Assembly: GCA_963817525.1 (NCBI GenBank)
Contig: CAWFOU010000001.1
Location: forward strand, 160,001-224,000
Origin: an uncultured archaeon
GTDB lineage: Archaea > Thermoproteota > Nitrososphaeria > Nitrososphaerales > Gagatemarchaeaceae
Direction: 5' to 3'
Length of the DNA: 64,000 nucleotides
Below the pieces are notes generated by a model. The model was not told the DNA's origin. It worked only from the letters and a program-made list of their open reading frames with translations, and did not search any database. The translations under genes and the position numbers were made by a program. Shown one piece after another: positions 9,038 through 19,400 of this stretch (positions are counted from its first letter, which is position 1; every line of letters starts with the position of its first letter).

Positions 9038-10012
9038 GTGAGCCTGGCAGAGAACGTCATCGGTGCGATTGGGAACACGCCCCTCGTCAGACTCCAAAGG
9101 CTCCCGACGAGACCTTCACCGAAGATCTTCGCAAAGCTGGAGTTCATGAACCCCGGAGGCTCCGTCAAGGACAGGATCGCCGCCTACCTGGTCGCTGACG
9201 CAGAGAGGCGCCACCTCCTGAAGAAAGGAGGGACCATCATCGAGCCGACCTCCGGAAACACAGGCGTCGGTCTCGCGATGCTAGCCGCCGTCCGCGGCTA
9301 CAAGACCATCTTCACGATGCCGGACAAGGTCAGCGAGGAGAAGAGGGCGCTCCTCCGGGCCTTCGGCGCCGAGGTCGTCATCGCGCCGACCGACCTCTCC
9401 CCGAGCTCGCCGGAACACTACGTCAACGTCGCGAAGAGGCTCGCCAAGGAGACGCCGGACTCCTTCATGCCTAACCAGTACGTGAACAAGGCCAATCCGA
9501 AGGCTCACTTCGCCACCACCGGCCCCGAGATATGGCGCCAGACCAAGGGCAGGGTGGACGCCTTCGTCGCCGGGGTCGGGACGGGCGGGACGATCTCGGG
9601 AGCGGGAGGGTTCCTGAAGCGAAAGAAGAGGTCGCTGCTCGTCGTCGGAGTCGAGCCCGAGGGGTCCATCTTCGGCAACCTCAAGCACGGCACGAACGAC
9701 CCGCTGCACCCCTACCTCGTGGAGGGCATCGGGGAGGACTTTGTGCCCGAGACCTACGACCGGAAAGTCGCGGACGACATCATCAGGGTGAGCGACGCGG
9801 ACAGCATCGCGATGGCCCGGCGGCTAGCCGTGGAGGAAGGGATACTCGCCGGGGGATCTTCGGGGACCGCGGTCGTGGGTGCGCTGGAGCTGGCAAAGAG
9901 GAGGCCGCGCCTGAAGCTCATCGTGGCGATCATCCCGGACTCTGGGAGGAGCTACCTGAGCAAGATGTACAACCCGGCATGGCTCAAGGAAATGGGCCTC
10001 CGGCAAGATTAA
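9038..10012 (+). CDS. Cystathionine beta-synthase / cysteine synthase family PLP enzyme
   Basis: KLEFMNPGGSVKDR, EPTSGNTG, GTGGT motifs. Confidence 0.9.
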   Translation: MSLAENVIGAIGNTPLVRLQRLPTRPSPKIFAKLEFMNPGGSVKDRIAAYLVADAERRHLLKKGGTIIEPTSGNTGVGLAMLAAVRGYKTIFTMPDKVSEEKRALLRAFGAEVVIAPTDLSPSSPEHYVNVAKRLAKETPDSFMPNQYVNKANPKAHFATTGPEIWRQTKGRVDAFVAGVGTGGTISGAGGFLKRKKRSLLVVGVEPEGSIFGNLKHGTNDPLHPYLVEGIGEDFVPETYDRKVADDIIRVSDADSIAMARRLAVEEGILAGGSSGTAVVGALELAKRRPRLKLIVAIIPDSGRSYLSKMYNPAWLKEMGLRQD

Positions 10013-10037
10013 AGTCTCGCAGCTCGGCGCCTGACCC

Positions 10038-11195
10038 ATGCGCTTCGACACGCGAGCCGTCCACGTGGGCAACGAGCCAGACGAGCTGACTGGAGCGGTC
10101 ACCCCTCCCATCTACACCTCTTCGACCTTCGCCCAGGCGGGGATAGGGAGGACCAAGGGGTACGAATACTCGCGGTCGGGCAACCCGACCAGGGCCAGGC
10201 TCGAGAGGGCCGTCGCCGACCTCGAAGGAGGGAAATTCGGGTTAGCCTTCGCCTCGGGCCTCGCCGCGGAGACCGCCGTGGCGGGGTTGCTGGGGAAGGG
10301 CGACCACGTCGTCATCTGCAACGACGTCTACGGCGGGACCTTCAGGCTCTTCGACCAGGTCTTCAGGAACTTCGGCGTCACCTTCGACACGGTAGACGCA
10401 AGGGACCCCTCGAACCTAGAGGCGGCGATAAAGCCGAGCACCAAGATGGTCTGGATGGAGTCCCCCACCAACCCGCTCATGCTCATCCTCGACATCAGGG
10501 AGGTGGCCAAGGTCGCGAAGGCGCGCGGAGTGACCCTGACGGTCGACAACACCTTCGCCTCGCCCTGCCTCCAAAACCCGCTCAAGCTGGGCGCGACCGT
10601 CGTCGTCCACAGCACAACCAAGTACATCGGGGGGCACAGCGACCTCGTCGGAGGCGCCGTCGCTACGTCCGATCAGGCGGTATACGAGCGGCTCAAGTTC
10701 CTGCAGAACGCGACTGGGTCGGTCCCAGGCCCCTTCGACTGCTACCTCGCCCTCAGAGGGCTCAGGACAATCCACCTCAGGATGGAGAGGCACTCGAAGA
10801 ACGCCGCGGCCGTCGCGGAGGCCCTCTCCTCGGAGTCGGGACGAGTCAAGGAGGTCTACTATCCCTTCCTCAAGGGGTCCGCCTCATACGATTTGGCGAG
10901 GAGGCAGATGTCCTCTGGCGGGGGGATGATAGCCTTCCGGATCAAGGGCGGATACCCCGCGGCCTCGAAGTTCCTAGAGTCGCTGAAGATCTTCACCCTG
11001 GGGGAGAGCCTTGGCGGGGTCGAATCGCTCGCGGAGCATCCTTCCAGGATGACCCACGCCTCCATCCCCACCGAGGGGAGGAATAGGCTGGGGATAACCG
11101 ACGACCTGATACGCCTCTCCGTGGGAATCGAGGACACGCAGGACCTAGTCGAAGACGTGAAAGGGGCCCTCAAGGCAGCGCTCCCCCGCCCCTAG
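10038..11195 (+). CDS. Cystathionine gamma-lyase/gamma-synthase
   Basis: YSRSGNPT, ESPTNP, HSTTKYIGGHSD, RLSVGIE motifs. Confidence 0.92.
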   Translation: MRFDTRAVHVGNEPDELTGAVTPPIYTSSTFAQAGIGRTKGYEYSRSGNPTRARLERAVADLEGGKFGLAFASGLAAETAVAGLLGKGDHVVICNDVYGGTFRLFDQVFRNFGVTFDTVDARDPSNLEAAIKPSTKMVWMESPTNPLMLILDIREVAKVAKARGVTLTVDNTFASPCLQNPLKLGATVVVHSTTKYIGGHSDLVGGAVATSDQAVYERLKFLQNATGSVPGPFDCYLALRGLRTIHLRMERHSKNAAAVAEALSSESGRVKEVYYPFLKGSASYDLARRQMSSGGGMIAFRIKGGYPAASKFLESLKIFTLGESLGGVESLAEHPSRMTHASIPTEGRNRLGITDDLIRLSVGIEDTQDLVEDVKGALKAALPRP

Positions 11196-11282
11196 TCAGT
11201 CAGGCCGGGAAGCGGCGAAGTTCTGACTTGCAAGAACTGCAAAAAGTGCTACTGCAAGAGTCGATTCTTCTCGGCGACGGTC

Positions 11283-11351
11283 TAAGACAATCGTCGTATC
11301 TTCCGAGTCAATCGTGGGATTGACTCAGCAACCCTTATAAGACAATCGTCG
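11283..11351 (+). promoter_or_regulatory. Promoter/operator region of the lrp-kdpABC unit
   Basis: Direct repeat TAAGACAATCGTCG at 11283 and 11338; palindrome GAGTCAATC-GTGG-GATTGACTC at 11305-11326; TTATAA at 11335. Confidence 0.6.
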
Positions 11352-11379
11352 AAGGGCTGAAAAATAACCGTGCAATGAG

Positions 11380-11691
11380 TTGGCTCGATTTCTAGCGTTC
11401 GTAGACATCTTCGTGGAGTCGTCCTTGATGGACGACGTGGTGCAGTCGCTGATCAAGCTGGACAACCTCGAGGAGCTTTACGAGGTCACGGGCGAGTTCG
11501 ACATAGTGACCCTGCTCTCCGCGAAGGACATCGAAGAGTTCAGGGACGTCTTGAAGAACAAGATCATGAAGATCAAGGGAGTCAAGAGCACAGTCAGCTC
11601 GGTCGTCCTGAAGGCCTACAAGGGCCCCAGGTGCGTCGAGGAAGAGATCACGGTCAGCGAGCCCCAGAAAGCAAAGCCATCACGTCAGTAG
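11380..11691 (+). CDS. Lrp/AsnC ligand-binding (RAM) domain protein
   Basis: LYEVTGEFDIV and IMKIKGVKST motifs; no obvious HTH. Confidence 0.85.
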   Translation: MARFLAFVDIFVESSLMDDVVQSLIKLDNLEELYEVTGEFDIVTLLSAKDIEEFRDVLKNKIMKIKGVKSTVSSVVLKAYKGPRCVEEEITVSEPQKAKPSRQ

Positions 11692-11715
11692 GCGGGGCCG
11701 GAGGGCGGTCCCGCC
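11691..11715 (+). other. GC-rich intergenic hairpin before kdpA
   Basis: GGCGGGGCCG-GAGGG-CGGTCCCGCC, 10-bp stem with one G-U pair. Confidence 0.5.
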
Positions 11716-11740
11716 GTGTAGGGGGAAAAGGTGAAAGTGA

Positions 11741-13402
11741 ATGATAAACATACCACAACTAATCACTGTATTTCTTATTCTCGGAGGCACGATGGCCGTA
11801 GCGTGGCTCATCGCTCCCTACATCACAGGCATCTACACGAAGGCCCCCAGCCGCCTCGACCGCTTCCTCGACCCGATTGAGAACGCCATCTACAGGCTGA
11901 CGGGGACCGACCCCGGTCGCGGGATGGGCTGGAAGGAGTACTTCTTCGCCGCCTTGCTTGTCAACGTTGTCCAGATGGCGATAGCCTTCTCCATCCTTAC
12001 CCTACAGGGAATGCTTCCCCTCAACCCCATGAAGTTCGGAGGGATGAGCTGGGACCTCGCGCTCAATACGGTCATCTCTTTTGCGACCAACACCAACCTG
12101 CAGCACTACAACGGCGAGACCACCCTCTCTTACCTGAGCCAGATGGGGGCGATCCAGTTCCTCCAGTTCACCTCGGCCGCCACCGGAATATGCATGGGAG
12201 TCGCGCTAGTGCGCGGGCTCGTCGTCGGCTCAAAGCACATGGGGAACTTCTACGTCGACTTTGTCAGGTCGCTCACGAGGCTGCTGATACCATTCTGCTT
12301 CGTAGCCGCGCTCATCCTCGTCTGGATGGGCGTCCCGCAAACCATCGGCGGATACGTGCCCATAAAGACGCTCCAGGGTGCTACCGGCTCCATCCTTGTG
12401 GGGCCCGTGGCCTCGCTCGTCTCTATCATGCAGCTCGGGACGAACGGCGGGGGATACTACGGTGCGAACTCGGCGTACCCTTTCATGAATCCCAGCCCGC
12501 AATCGGACATCCTCGAGATCTGCCTCATGCTCCTCTTGCCGACCGCGCTCGTCTTCGTCTTTGGTCAGCTCCTTGGCAAGAAGCGAGAGTCGAGACCCGT
12601 GCTCATTGGGGCCTACATGCTCTTCATCATCGACCTCGGCATCGCCTTTAGCGCCACGATACCCCAGCTGGGTCCGGACATGGAGACGAGGTTCGGTGGC
12701 TTCATGTCCGCGTTCTGGACAGTGGTCACTACGGCGGTCACGACGGGGTCGGTAAACTCTGCGCTTGCCGGGATGCACCCACTAGTGATTCTCGGGGGGT
12801 TCATGGGGATGCTGATCCAAGCGACCCCGGGTGGAAAGGGAGTGGGCCTGGCCTACATGATCATGTACATCATCATAACTGTCTTCATAGTGGGCCTGAT
12901 GTCGGGAAGGACTCCCGAGTACCTCGGCATTAAGATCACCTCCCGCGACGTGAAGATAGTCCTTGTCGCTTTCCTGATTCACCCGATAATAATCCTCATC
13001 CCTACTATCCTCGCTTACGCCTCCGGCGCCGCTGGGGCCATCGGACTGACCGGAAACCCAATAGGGTTCACGCAGGTGCTCTATGAGTTCACCTCCGCAG
13101 CCGCGAACAACGGCTCCGACTTCCTGGGTGCATCCGGGAATACGCTCTTCTTCAACCTCTCGACGGCGGCCGTCATCTTCATCGGGCGCTACGCCCCCAT
13201 TGGGCTGATGCTAGCGCTAGCGGGTTCGATGATAGGCAGGAAGAGGAGCGTCACGGCTGGAGGCCTGAAGACCGAGAGCCTCACCTTCTCCCTGGTTCTC
13301 GTGGGGAGCATCCTCATCCTCGTCGTGCTGACATTCCTGCCATTCTTGGCGCTCGGGCCGATTCTGTCTTACTTCCAGGGGAACGTGAATGGGCTTGGGT
13401 AG
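11741..13402 (+). CDS. kdpA: K+-transporting ATPase subunit A
   Basis: SFATNTNLQHY, LGTNGGG, SAAANNGS filter motifs. Confidence 0.96.
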   Translation: MINIPQLITVFLILGGTMAVAWLIAPYITGIYTKAPSRLDRFLDPIENAIYRLTGTDPGRGMGWKEYFFAALLVNVVQMAIAFSILTLQGMLPLNPMKFGGMSWDLALNTVISFATNTNLQHYNGETTLSYLSQMGAIQFLQFTSAATGICMGVALVRGLVVGSKHMGNFYVDFVRSLTRLLIPFCFVAALILVWMGVPQTIGGYVPIKTLQGATGSILVGPVASLVSIMQLGTNGGGYYGANSAYPFMNPSPQSDILEICLMLLLPTALVFVFGQLLGKKRESRPVLIGAYMLFIIDLGIAFSATIPQLGPDMETRFGGFMSAFWTVVTTAVTTGSVNSALAGMHPLVILGGFMGMLIQATPGGKGVGLAYMIMYIIITVFIVGLMSGRTPEYLGIKITSRDVKIVLVAFLIHPIIILIPTILAYASGAAGAIGLTGNPIGFTQVLYEFTSAAANNGSDFLGASGNTLFFNLSTAAVIFIGRYAPIGLMLALAGSMIGRKRSVTAGGLKTESLTFSLVLVGSILILVVLTFLPFLALGPILSYFQGNVNGLG

Positions 13403-15551
13403 TGAGAGCGTGAAGGAAGGCGAGGCACCAGAGGCAATCAGTCGCCGTCGACAGATGTCTGTCATCACAGGCCGTGTCCTCGAGGACTCGTTGGTGAGGC
13501 TCAGCCCGACGAGGCTGATCTCGAACCCGGTGATGCTGATCGTCGAGGTAACCTTCTTCGTCGTCGCAGCCATGGCCGTGTACCCGCAGGGATTCGCGTC
13601 AGTGGCAAATGTGAACGAGAGGCTCTTCTACGTCGAAATCGCGATCATACTCCTCGTCACGGTCTGGTTCAGCACCCTCTCCGACTCGCTCGCCGAGCAG
13701 CAGGCGAAGAACACCGCGAGCAGCCTCCGGAAGCTCGAGATGGAGGTGCCCAGCAAGAAGCTCGTAAGGGAAGGATGGTCTCAGAGCATAGTGCAAACCT
13801 CGTCGAAGGACCTCAGGAAGGGGGACCTCATACTACTGGAGAAGGGCGACATCGTCCCGCTGGATGCCGAGGTGCTCGAAGGGATTGCGATGGTCGACGA
13901 GTCCCTCCTGACGGGCGAGTCAGCCGCAGTAAAGAAAGCCCCTGGCGACGTCATGATAGGCGGGTCGCGGGTGGTGAGCGATACCCTGACGTGCAGGGTC
14001 ACCGCGAACCCGGGCGAGACCTACGTAGACCAGATGATCAGGATGGTCGAGTCCTCCAAGCGGCCGAAGACGCCGAACGAGCAGGCTGTGACGGTGGTCC
14101 TCATAGGGCTGACCGCCATCTTCACCATCATCATCGGGTCGCTCCTTGGCCTCTCCATAACGCTCAACCTGGGAGCAGACCTCTCCGTCCTCATAGCGCT
14201 CTACGTCTGCCTCCTCCCGACGACGATCGGCGCGCTCCTCCCCGCAATCGGCCTCTCGGGGATCTCCCGGCTCTACACCCACAAGATTGTCGCAAAGTCG
14301 GGCAAGGCCATAGAGACGGCCGGAGACGCCGACGTCATCCTACTTGACAAGACGGGCACCATCACCGTTGGAAACAGGCGGGCAATCGAGTTCCTGCCGA
14401 TAGCGGGGCACTCAGAGAGGGAAGTGGGCGAGGCCGCCTTCCTCTCCTCGTGGAGTGACGACACCCCAGAGGGTCGGAGTATAATCACGCTGGCCTACGA
14501 ACGGGGCTTTGTCCCTCGTGAGCTCAACATGCTCGCGCTTTCCGAGTTCCAGGAGTTCTCGGCGGCCACCCGAACAAGCGGGGTGAGGATAATGCGAGGG
14601 ACGGGTTTCGTCCCCGCCAAGGCGGACAAGTCGGGTGAGGCGAGGATGAGATACAGCAGAAAGTATGCGAGCGGGAGCGACAACGGCTTCGGGGAGATTG
14701 ACATCACGAAGGGGGCTCCAGACGCGATAAAGGGCTCGGTGGCCTCCGTGCCCGGTGACTTCGAGCCCATTGTCGACAAGATTGCGTCGGCCGGAGAGAC
14801 CCCGATGGCGATATCCCGCAACGGCGAGGCGATCGGCATCATCCGGCTCAAGGACGTGATGAAGGAGGGGATCAAAGAGAAGATTCAGGCCGTGAAGACT
14901 CTGGGCATTCGCCCAGTGATGATAACCGGCGATCAGCCCCTGACCGCGAAAGCGATCTCTGAGGAGGTGGGGATCACTGAGTACGTGCCCCGGACGAAGC
15001 CTGAGGACAAGTTCGAGATCGTCAAGAAGGAGCAGGCCCAGTCGAGGATAGTCGCGATGATAGGTGACGGCACCAACGACGCCCCCGCGCTGGCGATGGC
15101 CGACGTGGGGATGGCCATGAACTCGGGGACTGAGGCAGCGAAGGAGGCCGCGAACATGGTGGACCTCGAGTCGAACCCCGCGAAGATAATCGACGTCGTC
15201 ATGCTCGGGAAGCAGCTCCTGATGACGCGCGGCGCGGTCACCGCCTTCAGCATAGCCAACGACGTCGCGAAGTACTTCGCGATCATCCCCGTGCTCTTCG
15301 CCTCGACCATCCCCCAGCTCGAGGCCCTGAACATCCTGGGGCTGGGCCTGCACACGGCCGTGCTGTCCGCGCTGATCTTTAACGCCATCATCATACCCCT
15401 TCTGATCCCTCTCGCGATGAGAGGCGTCGCGTTCAAGCCCGCGGACACGATGACCATCTTCCTGAGGAACGTACTAATCTACGGCATCGGCGGTGTGATC
15501 GTCCCCTTCGTGGGAATCAAGCTCATCGACGTGCTGATCTCGGCCCTATAG
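13389..15551 (+). CDS. kdpB: K+-transporting P-type ATPase subunit B
   Basis: TGES, DKTGT, GDGTNDAPAL, FSIANDVAKYFAI motifs. Confidence 0.97.
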   Translation: MGLGSESVKEGEAPEAISRRRQMSVITGRVLEDSLVRLSPTRLISNPVMLIVEVTFFVVAAMAVYPQGFASVANVNERLFYVEIAIILLVTVWFSTLSDSLAEQQAKNTASSLRKLEMEVPSKKLVREGWSQSIVQTSSKDLRKGDLILLEKGDIVPLDAEVLEGIAMVDESLLTGESAAVKKAPGDVMIGGSRVVSDTLTCRVTANPGETYVDQMIRMVESSKRPKTPNEQAVTVVLIGLTAIFTIIIGSLLGLSITLNLGADLSVLIALYVCLLPTTIGALLPAIGLSGISRLYTHKIVAKSGKAIETAGDADVILLDKTGTITVGNRRAIEFLPIAGHSEREVGEAAFLSSWSDDTPEGRSIITLAYERGFVPRELNMLALSEFQEFSAATRTSGVRIMRGTGFVPAKADKSGEARMRYSRKYASGSDNGFGEIDITKGAPDAIKGSVASVPGDFEPIVDKIASAGETPMAISRNGEAIGIIRLKDVMKEGIKEKIQAVKTLGIRPVMITGDQPLTAKAISEEVGITEYVPRTKPEDKFEIVKKEQAQSRIVAMIGDGTNDAPALAMADVGMAMNSGTEAAKEAANMVDLESNPAKIIDVVMLGKQLLMTRGAVTAFSIANDVAKYFAIIPVLFASTIPQLEALNILGLGLHTAVLSALIFNAIIIPLLIPLAMRGVAFKPADTMTIFLRNVLIYGIGGVIVPFVGIKLIDVLISAL

Positions 15552-15561
15552 GTGAAAGAGA

Positions 15562-16053
15562 ATGGTAGAATCCAACCAAAACCAAAGGAAGAAGGCCAGC
15601 CACGTCAGGCCGATCGTCGCCCTGGCGGTCGTCTCGTTCCTCATCGGCGGTCTGTTCTTCCCACTCGTGGTCACCGGGGTGGCCCAGGCCGTCTTCCCCT
15701 ACCAGGCCAACGGCGAGCAGGCCACGGTCAACGGGCACGTCGTGGGCTCGTTCATCGCGGTCAACTCCACTGACTATTCGCTTCCTATCTTCTTCCACCT
15801 CAGGAACGACTCGGCGTCGGGGTTCGACCCAGATGTCCCTCTCCAAGGGCCTGCCTCCGAGAGCCCCGCGGACTTGCAGATTCCGGGGATTAGCAACGCA
15901 ACGGGGATACCGGCTTCGACGCTCCAGGGTATAGTGAACCAGAACGTGGAGGGGGTCTGGTGGATATTCGGGAGCCCATACGTCAACGTACAGAAGGTGA
16001 ACCTGATCTTGATACACGACTTTCCTACGGTCTACGCCAACTACACGGGTTAG
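15562..16053 (+). CDS. kdpC: K+-transporting ATPase subunit C
   Basis: N-terminal TM, FPYQANG, SASGFDP, VNVQKVN motifs; follows kdpB. Confidence 0.9.
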   Translation: MVESNQNQRKKASHVRPIVALAVVSFLIGGLFFPLVVTGVAQAVFPYQANGEQATVNGHVVGSFIAVNSTDYSLPIFFHLRNDSASGFDPDVPLQGPASESPADLQIPGISNATGIPASTLQGIVNQNVEGVWWIFGSPYVNVQKVNLILIHDFPTVYANYTG

Positions 16054-16367
16054 TGCTTAGCCTTCGCCCTCTCCCGCTTCCTCTTCTCTTCCTCGGCCTT
16101 GACTTTCTTTGCCTTCTGCTCGGCCTTCTTCTTGTCGAAGCTCCCAAGCGGGGCGTCGCTCTCCACGAAGCCGTGCGCGATCGTGATGATGTTCCTGACA
16201 AGCGCCTTGGTCTGGCTGTCGTTCTTGTAGAGGACCACCCTGAGGTTCCTCCTGTCTAGGACAGTGTAGTCCGGGGCCTTGTCCATCTTCTTTATCTCGT
16301 CGACCGCGCGCTCAAGCGCGTACTCGTTCCCGAAAAGCCCCCTCACCTCCCAGTCTCCCCCTGCCAT
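16050..16367 (-). CDS. Hypothetical protein with Lys/Glu-rich tail
   Basis: Host-like codon usage; probable ATG at 16367. Confidence 0.55.
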   Translation of the reverse strand: MAGGDWEVRGLFGNEYALERAVDEIKKMDKAPDYTVLDRRNLRVVLYKNDSQTKALVRNIITIAHGFVESDAPLGSFDKKKAEQKAKKVKAEEEKRKRERAKAKH

Positions 16368-16473
16368 GCCTCGAGCGCCCCAAGGAGGAAATAAAAGGAT
16401 TAGACGCAGGGAGGCGAAAGGCCGTTCCAGCTGGCTCACGCGTTAAATACTCCCGCTCGGCCCGGGAGTTTTC

Positions 16474-19400
16474 ATGACCGGCGGCGAAAAGTCGTTCGAT
16501 TTTGCCGTTGACAGGCTGGAGACCCAAAGAGGGCGGGCGGACTTTTACAACCTCCGCAAGGTCTCAGAGCGAGGGCACGACATCAGCCGCTTCCCCTACT
16601 CGATCAAGATACTACTGGAGAACGCGATCCGCCACTCAAGGTCGGTGGGCGGCGCCACAGAGGCGGCCAACCGCCTCCTCGAGTGGCCCAGGAGCGTCTC
16701 CTCCGAGTTCCCCTTCGTCCCCTACAGGGTGCTGCTTCAAGACTATACGGGCGTCCCCCTCATCGTGGACCTCGCGGCCCTGAGGGACGCCGTCTCGAAG
16801 CGGGGGAAGGACCCCGGGAAGATAAACTCCATCGCCCCCATCGACCTCGTCATTGACCACTCGGTGCAGGTGGACAGCTGGGGGAGCGCTGCGGCCTTCG
16901 AGTACAACATCGAAAAGGAGTATGAGAGGAGCTCCGAGAGGTACGCCCTCCTAAAGTGGGCGCAGGACTCGTTCAGGAACATGAGGGTCTTCCCCCCGGG
17001 GAAGGGCATCTGCCACCAGGTGAACCTGGAGTACCTTTCTACTGTCGTCGCCGTCGGAGAGAGGGACGGGAGGCGCTTCGCATGCCCGGACACGGTGGTA
17101 GGGACCGACTCTCACACGCCCATGGTCAACGGCCTAGGGGTCCTTGGTTGGGGGGTGGGGGGTTTGGAGGCCGAGGCTGCCATGCTGGGCGAGCCGTGCC
17201 ACATCCCGATCCCCCGCGTCGTTGGGGTGAAGCTCAAGGGCGACCTACAGGAAGGGGCGACCACCACCGACCTCGTGCTGGCTGTCACGGAGCTCCTGCG
17301 TTCCAAGAACGTCGTGGACGCCTTCGTCGAGTACTTTGGGGAGGGATACCTCCGGCTCTCAGTCCCCGACAGGGCGACGCTCGGGAACATGTCCCCCGAA
17401 TACGGGGCGACGGTCGGGTTCTCCCCCGTCGACGAGTCCACCCTCCGCTATCTCTATGACACGGGTAGGGACCAGGCACAGATCAAGCTCGTCGGGGAAT
17501 ACTGCAGGCTCCAGGGCCTCTTCCATGGGCCCGACTCGCTGGACCCCCGGTATTCCGAGGTCCTCGAGGTCGACCTGTCCAAGATAGAGCCCTCGATTGC
17601 GGGCCCTCGGAACCCGGAGGAGAGGAGGGTGCTGAGGGAAGTGCCTTCGCTGGCGCGCTCCCTCGCCGCCGAGCAGGCAAGGCTGCGCAGCGCGACCCCT
17701 CAAAGCCCTGGCCGAGCCTCTCCCCCCGCAGGCGCGGTCCAGCTTGAAAGGCAGATGCTCGTCCACGAGGGAGGCCCTCCGCAGAGCGCTGAAGGGCTCA
17801 CCGACGGGTCCGTGATAATCGCCGCGATAACAAGTTGCACCAACACCTCGAACCCGACCGTGATGATCGGGTCCGCCCTGCTCGCGCGCAACGCGGTGCG
17901 CATGGGGCTCGCGCCGAAGCCCTTCGTGAAGTGCAGCTTGGCGCCCGGCTCCACGGTCGTGAAGGACTACCTCGAGGGCTCGGGCCTCCTCACGTACCTT
18001 GACCAGCTCGGGTTCTACCTCGTGGGATACGGCTGCACGACCTGCATCGCTCAAGGGACGCCCGTTTTGTTGGCTGATGGTACGTGTCGACCCATCGAAA
18101 GCATACCGGTTGCAGGAGGCGCTTTGGTTCTCGGGCCCTCCTCGAGCCGCAGGTTAGGAATCGCCCGACAATCCGCGCTTATGGATATGGGCCGGCGCGA
18201 GTGTGTAGATTTGGTGCTCCAGGATGGACGGAAGCTGACCTGCACTCCCGATCATAGGATTCTCTGCTCGGACGGACGCTGGGTGAGGGCTGACGAACTC
18301 GTCCTGGGAAAGGACCGAGTAGTCGTGGGCCTTGAAGCTCCCCTCGATACCCCGCGGGTGGACGAGGCTGGTTACGTCTTACGTGCGGGGAATCTGATTT
18401 TCACGATGGACACAGAGCGTAATCGGGCGCGGACTCTAGCGTTCGCGCGGCTCCTCGGTCATCTTCTGGGTGATGGTTCAATCAGTGTCTACGGACAAGG
18501 TCGAATGAACGCAGGACAAGCGATCGACCGAGAGATCATGCTCAATGACATTGAATTGGTCACTGGACTAAGGCCGGCTGCAAATCGCTACGATGAACGA
18601 AAATGGTCAATCGCTCTTCCCATGGCTCTTGCGCGAGCCATCGTTGCGCTTCCGGGAGTGAAGGTGGGGAGGCGCGTCATGCAGTCGTCAGAACTTCCCG
18701 AGTTTGTCCTTCACGAAAACTGCCCCGTGTCAGTGGTCAGGGAGTTCTTGGGAGGGCTTTTCGGTGCTGATGGGCGTTCCCCATTTCTGAAGCGATGGGG
18801 AAAGGGCGAGGACGACATGAGCCTCGAGCACCCGGGATTTTCCCAGAGCACAATACCTGCCTACATCGGACAAACAAGAAGGATTCTGCAAGAAGTGCTT
18901 CGGCTGTTGGCCCGGACTGGTGTCGAGACCGAGGGTGCGAAGATGTACGAATATCCTACGAGAGCTAGTTCATCCTCCTACCCTGCGGCGAAGGATGGCG
19001 TGCCCCGGATCGAAGTGCGGCTGGATCTGACGAACGGGCTCTCTTTCATCGAGCATGTCGGATTCCGATACTGTGTCGACAAGTCCATGCGTGCAAGCGC
19101 CGCAGCCGTTTACTGGCGTCTTGTGCAGAACGTTCACGAGCAGCGTCTGTGGATGTCCGCTCGCCTCGAAGAAGTGCATCAAGATCGACCAACCCTGTCT
19201 TTCTCTCAGGCAAGGCGCCTTGCTACGGTGTCGCTGCTAAACGATTCGCCCGGAGACTTACCTCCAATAGTGTCGCCACACTATGCGCTTCTCGAAGGCT
19301 ACGATCGATTTTCGCGTCTGCCGAAAACGACTGACCGCAAGTTCCGGCCGCTCCATCGGGACAGCTCCAACTTTCCATCTCCAGGAGCGTTGTTCAGGCA

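Noticed and set aside
11692-11740. kdpF micro-gene
   Set aside because: No ~30-aa hydrophobic ORF fits between the regulator gene and kdpA.
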